Assembly (NCBI GenBank): GCA_951406725.2
Contig: OX597829.1
Coordinates: forward strand, 14,880,001-14,944,000
DNA from: Octopus vulgaris
Lineage: Eukaryota
DNA length: 64,000 nucleotides
Direction of reading: 5' to 3'
In this document: positions 59,358 to 64,000 of the stretch, piece after piece
Layout of the letters: every line of letters begins with the position of its first letter
Numbering within the stretch: the stretch's first letter is position 1
Made by a program: the position numbers and the translations under genes
Notes under the pieces: model-generated
Told to the model about the DNA's origin: nothing
The model's input: only the letters and a program-made list of their open reading frames with translations
Databases searched by the model: none

Positions 59358-59710
59358 TCTATATATATATAAACGGCAAAATGTCTGTGTGTGTGTGTCC
59401 TTTATACAAATCCACAATTTTTCAGTTAGAGGGCTCGCACTTTCTATGGCCATTTAAAACCGTCCAAGGGTGGTCGTGCACATCTATACATTTCCCCAGT
59501 CACCCCGCAAAGCTATTAAAAAATCAATAGAAGTGACTCTTTGGTGAATTTTCTATCCAAGACCCAATCAAAATGCCCGAAACTTGATACGCCAATTGAA
59601 TTTCAGCTAGCTGTATGTGATTGGTCGGAGATTTGGACAGTATACGCGTGTATGTGCGCACGCACGCAGCTGTATATGCATGCACTAGCGTTGCCGGGTC
59701 ATAGTGCTAG
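59358..59710 (+). mobile_element. Non-autonomous Helitron-like element
   Basis: 5' TCtatatatatataaa...gtctgtgtgtgtgtgtcc; 3' gccgggtcatagtgCTAG|t. Confidence 0.6.
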
Positions 59711-59798
59711 TACAATATAAACCGGCTGGTCATGGTTAAGTTTAATAAGGATAGGACTATTTTCTATTTCCTGTTTTGTGCCTGGTCATATTACGATG

Positions 59799-59859
<61 letters not shown>

Positions 59860-59861
59860 GT

Positions 59862-60147
59862 GGAGGCGCAATGGCCCAGTGGTTAAGGCAGCGGACTCGC
59901 AGTCGTAGGATCACGCTTTTGATTCCCAGACGAGCTGTTGTGAGTGTTTATTGAGCAAAAACACCTATAGCTCCACGGGGCTCCGGCAGGGGGTGGGAGG
60001 CGATCCCTACTGTACTCTTTCGCCACAACTTTCCCTCACTCCTTCTTCTGTTGGCCTGCTCGTTTAGCCAGCGGGGTGGCGTCATTTGAAGACTAAAACA
60101 ATGCGAATCGCGATGTGTAGCAACATCTGATAGCCTGGTCGGTCACG
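59862..60147 (+). mobile_element. SINE family C
   Basis: Same head and tail as the 37463 copy, between TA and TATC tracts. Confidence 0.88.
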
Positions 60148-60157
60148 TGATCATGAG

Positions 60158-60289
<132 letters not shown>

Positions 60290-61227
60290 CGGGGTGAGAG
60301 TGAGAGATAGAGATGTAGATATGAATAGAAACGAGACAAATGTATAATTTGGGTAGTACTACACATGGTTTAGTAGCAAGTTATTTTTTTATCATCTATT
60401 CGTGTAATACAACTTAGCATGCAATAGCTGCGAGATCATATAAGATTATGCAATAACGTGTTATCATAACTCGCCACGTCGTCAGGTAATTCCCCATTAG
60501 ACGTTTATTAGACGATATGCATCGATGAGATCATGCAGCATATGAAATTTTCAAGTGAAGGATAATGAAATATACAATTTAATTAATTTAGGGATGGTGG
60601 GTTCGTATTGAGACAATAACCAATCAATATCGTTGACATCACAGGCTAAACAAACACGTTATTATCAAACGAAGAACAAAGTAAAATTGGAACTGCACGG
60701 TAAGCTGACATCCAATCAATTCGTTAACAACAAATGTTAGACAGATTCACTATTTCAAATTATTCAATCTTCCAGCGGGGAGTGTTAATGATTTAGTCTT
60801 TTACATATGTGATGTGTGACTACATGCGCATGTCATATATATATACAGGTGTGTGTATGTGTGTGAAATATATATTTCTGCGCGTGTTGATAAATATATA
60901 TATATTTCTGCGCACTTGTGAAAGTTTAGTAGTTAAGGTTAGAATTTAGGGTCAAGGGTAGGAATCAAACGTTTAAAGTTAAGTTTAAATGTCAGGTCTT
61001 GGATTAGAGTTAGCGGTTAGTGTATAGAGCTAGGTTAGGGATAGGCGTATACAGCACGCTGAAGTGTGAATATTCATGTAGACTGAACAAGTGAAACATC
61101 TTTATTTGTATTTCAGAACTCAATTTCTAAGTATTTATATGTCACTTTATATTCTTATATCTATATTATGATGGAATAAAATTTATGTTTCAGTTTCAAA
61201 TATATTTTTTCGTTTTGTATTTTGTAG

Positions 61228-61439
61228 CAACAAGTCTATTACGTGAAGTGACTACACAAAATATGCTTGGCATAAAAGGTGCTACAAAACCAATGAAGAC
61301 GACACAACAGCATACGCAAAAAGTGGTTGTAAATTCCCACGAAGACAAACTTTCAAAGGCGCACACATCACAAGCTTTAAGGCCGAGCACTTACTTTCTG
61401 CAGTGGGCGTTTCTTTTCACATTTACACAATTTCTCTGA
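61228..61439 (+). CDS. CPM: Probable terminal exon: Thr/Gln/Lys-rich stalk and hydrophobic C-terminus (GPI-signal-like)
   Basis: Strong T-rich acceptor ttttttcgttttgtattttgtAG. Phase 1 joins A|CA=Thr with the previous exon and stays open to TGA 61437-39, ending ...[27 protein letters not shown]. Vertebrate CPM is GPI-anchored. No sequence homology is expected here, so support is splice signal, phase and hydropathy only. Confidence 0.65.
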
Positions 61440-61537
61440 TATTTGATTCCACATAGATATGAGACAATTTTTTTCACGACAAGGCAACTGGGCCGTGTGA
61501 GGGACGACATAAACCACCAGAAATGAATTTGTATATA

Positions 61538-61603
<66 letters not shown>

Positions 61604-61642
61604 TAAGTCCATGCATATGTGTCTAATTATACATATATATAC

Positions 61643-61695
<53 letters not shown>

Positions 61696-62067
61696 GACAC
61701 TATATATATATATATATACACACACACATACGTATATGTATATTATATATATTACATATATATATTCTTTTTGGGGAACTAGATTTCGAAGTACATGTAA
61801 AGTTATTAATAATAGCATTTACATATTTAGTTAAACCACCATTTTGGATAGCAAGCGTCGAAGGCGGCCTGTGGAACACACATTTCCTATATATACTACA
61901 AGCGGTCTATCATTGGACCAAAACAATCCTTCGATACTTTCCATCCAGAAAGGATTTTCAACCCAATATTTGCAGGCTCTTATCAATAGCTTTATATGTG
62001 CTTCAAGATCCAGTTCCCCCAAAAATTATTTCACGTTCTCTCGAAAACTTATAAATTTTTATGACGT

Positions 62068-62136
<69 letters not shown>

Positions 62137-62187
62137 ATACATATATTTACTTGCATACATTTATAGATGTTAATATTCATACACATA

Positions 62188-62254
<67 letters not shown>

Positions 62255-62517
62255 TTATATATATATATATATATAAATAAAAGCACATATGCATACTCAC
62301 AAACATACACACATACAGACACACATTCACACACACATACATATAATTATGTGTGTATACTTGAAGGAAAGAATTGGATAAATGCAGTTAAGCACTACGC
62401 TCGTTTCCAAAAGCAAAATAATCCATATTATGAGTGTAAAGTTACTTCATAATTTAAGATGTAATCTAACTTTTTATCAGGTGCGAACTGCTAACCATAT
62501 GCCGCAATGATTATGCG

Positions 62518-62596
<79 letters not shown>

Positions 62597-63338
62597 ATAT
62601 GTATATGTGAGTATGTGTGTATATACATATGTGCGTGTGTATATATATACACTTGATAGGGTGTATTACAGGGTTAACACCCGAATAATATATCTATATC
62701 TATACATATATTTATATATTTATACATATATACACATATGCATACGTACGTATATATACATAAATATACATATACAATTCTGCCCTACACTAAGGAAACA
62801 ATGACATCAACAGCGATGATGCAACAGAAACCAATGATACCCAACTAAATTTGTTATCTCATACCGGAAGTAAGCTTTCTGATGTACAGACCTCTGTTTC
62901 CAGAAAAGCAAACTGTGATGTACTTTGGCTTTCTTATGTCTCTTTTTTTAAATATCATATTGATGTTGTATAAATTTCTACATACACGAAGAACGATAAA
63001 AAAACGACAAATGATTAAACTATGAAACGTTATAAAACGATAAAACGATAAAACTATTTAAAACCATGAAACGATGGAATGATGAACGTTCTCTTGCACG
63101 CATATTTGACTAGAGTTCCATTCCTGTCTAAACTTCGACATCAACTCCGACGAAAGAATTATCATATAGCATATATTCATAGACATCGGGTTTTGGGGTT
63201 TGCATTTTCGGATAGTCTCTCTTGTTATAAGAGACAGCAACGTTTTGAGAAGTTGTTGTTCATAAAGAAGAATAATGCCATTCAACAAGGGAATTTGTCA
63301 TAATATTTATATGCATACTACACACACAGACTCATAAA

Positions 63339-63418
<80 letters not shown>

Positions 63419-63664
63419 CGTATATGTATATATATATATGTATATATAATTACATATATATAGGTATACACACACACACACACGCGCACACACATGTATA
63501 TTGTCCCTGTGTACATTTGAAAGTATAATTATGGAAGGAAATTTGTTATGTTTCTGTCAAACTTGTCTCATCAAACTATGATGCGAGTCTAACATGTATG
63601 TGCGTGCGTGTGTGTGTGTATGTGCATATGTGTGTATACATACATATATGCATACATACATGCA

Positions 63665-63796
<132 letters not shown>

Positions 63797-64000
63797 ATTT
63801 CAGTGTAATATTTCCGTGGAAAACCAAACTAAATAAAACATCAAAGGATCGGATCTTTCAAGAAAGAATAATACAAATTTATGAAGAATCAGATTTTTTA
63901 TTGCAAAATCAGTCAAGTAAGCTTTAGCAAAAATCAATTTTTTGTATTTAAATACATTCGATTTTACTTTCTATCACAAATCGAAGGCCTTGCACTACTA

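Noticed and set aside
60940-61040. Telomere-like ttaggg words
   Set aside because: Scattered and degenerate, not a tandem array; more likely part of a Helitron-associated repeat.

Overview
This is AT-rich, microsatellite-saturated animal genomic DNA; the SINE families resemble those of Octopus (inference). The only supported host gene is the 3' part of an M14B (N/E-type) metallocarboxypeptidase, most like GPI-anchored carboxypeptidase M, on the + strand. It has four phase-compatible GT-AG exons (5988-6137, 25653-25795, 33084-33213, 61228-61439) separated by 19.5, 7.3 and 28 kb introns. The rest is mobile DNA and repeats: three tRNA-type SINE families, Tx1/L1-like, RTE, CR1-group and R4/Dong-like LINE fragments, three decayed Penelope-like elements, an internally deleted Gypsy LTR element, a mariner remnant and Helitron-like pieces. 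Most long ORFs in the track are repeat artefacts. Most notable: (1) about ten minimal type I hammerhead-ribozyme motifs of unrelated sequence, several with compensatory 3:8 core changes and palindromic stem III, including one canonical sense-strand copy inside a 436-bp direct-repeat unit; (2) an exon bracketed by two oppositely oriented arrays of the same 21-bp minisatellite; (3) a cluster of fold-back inverted duplications at 14-21 kb; (4) two SINE-LINE 3'-tail partnerships, one with a GGTA target preference. All alignments and foldings were done by eye, and TE boundaries are approximate.
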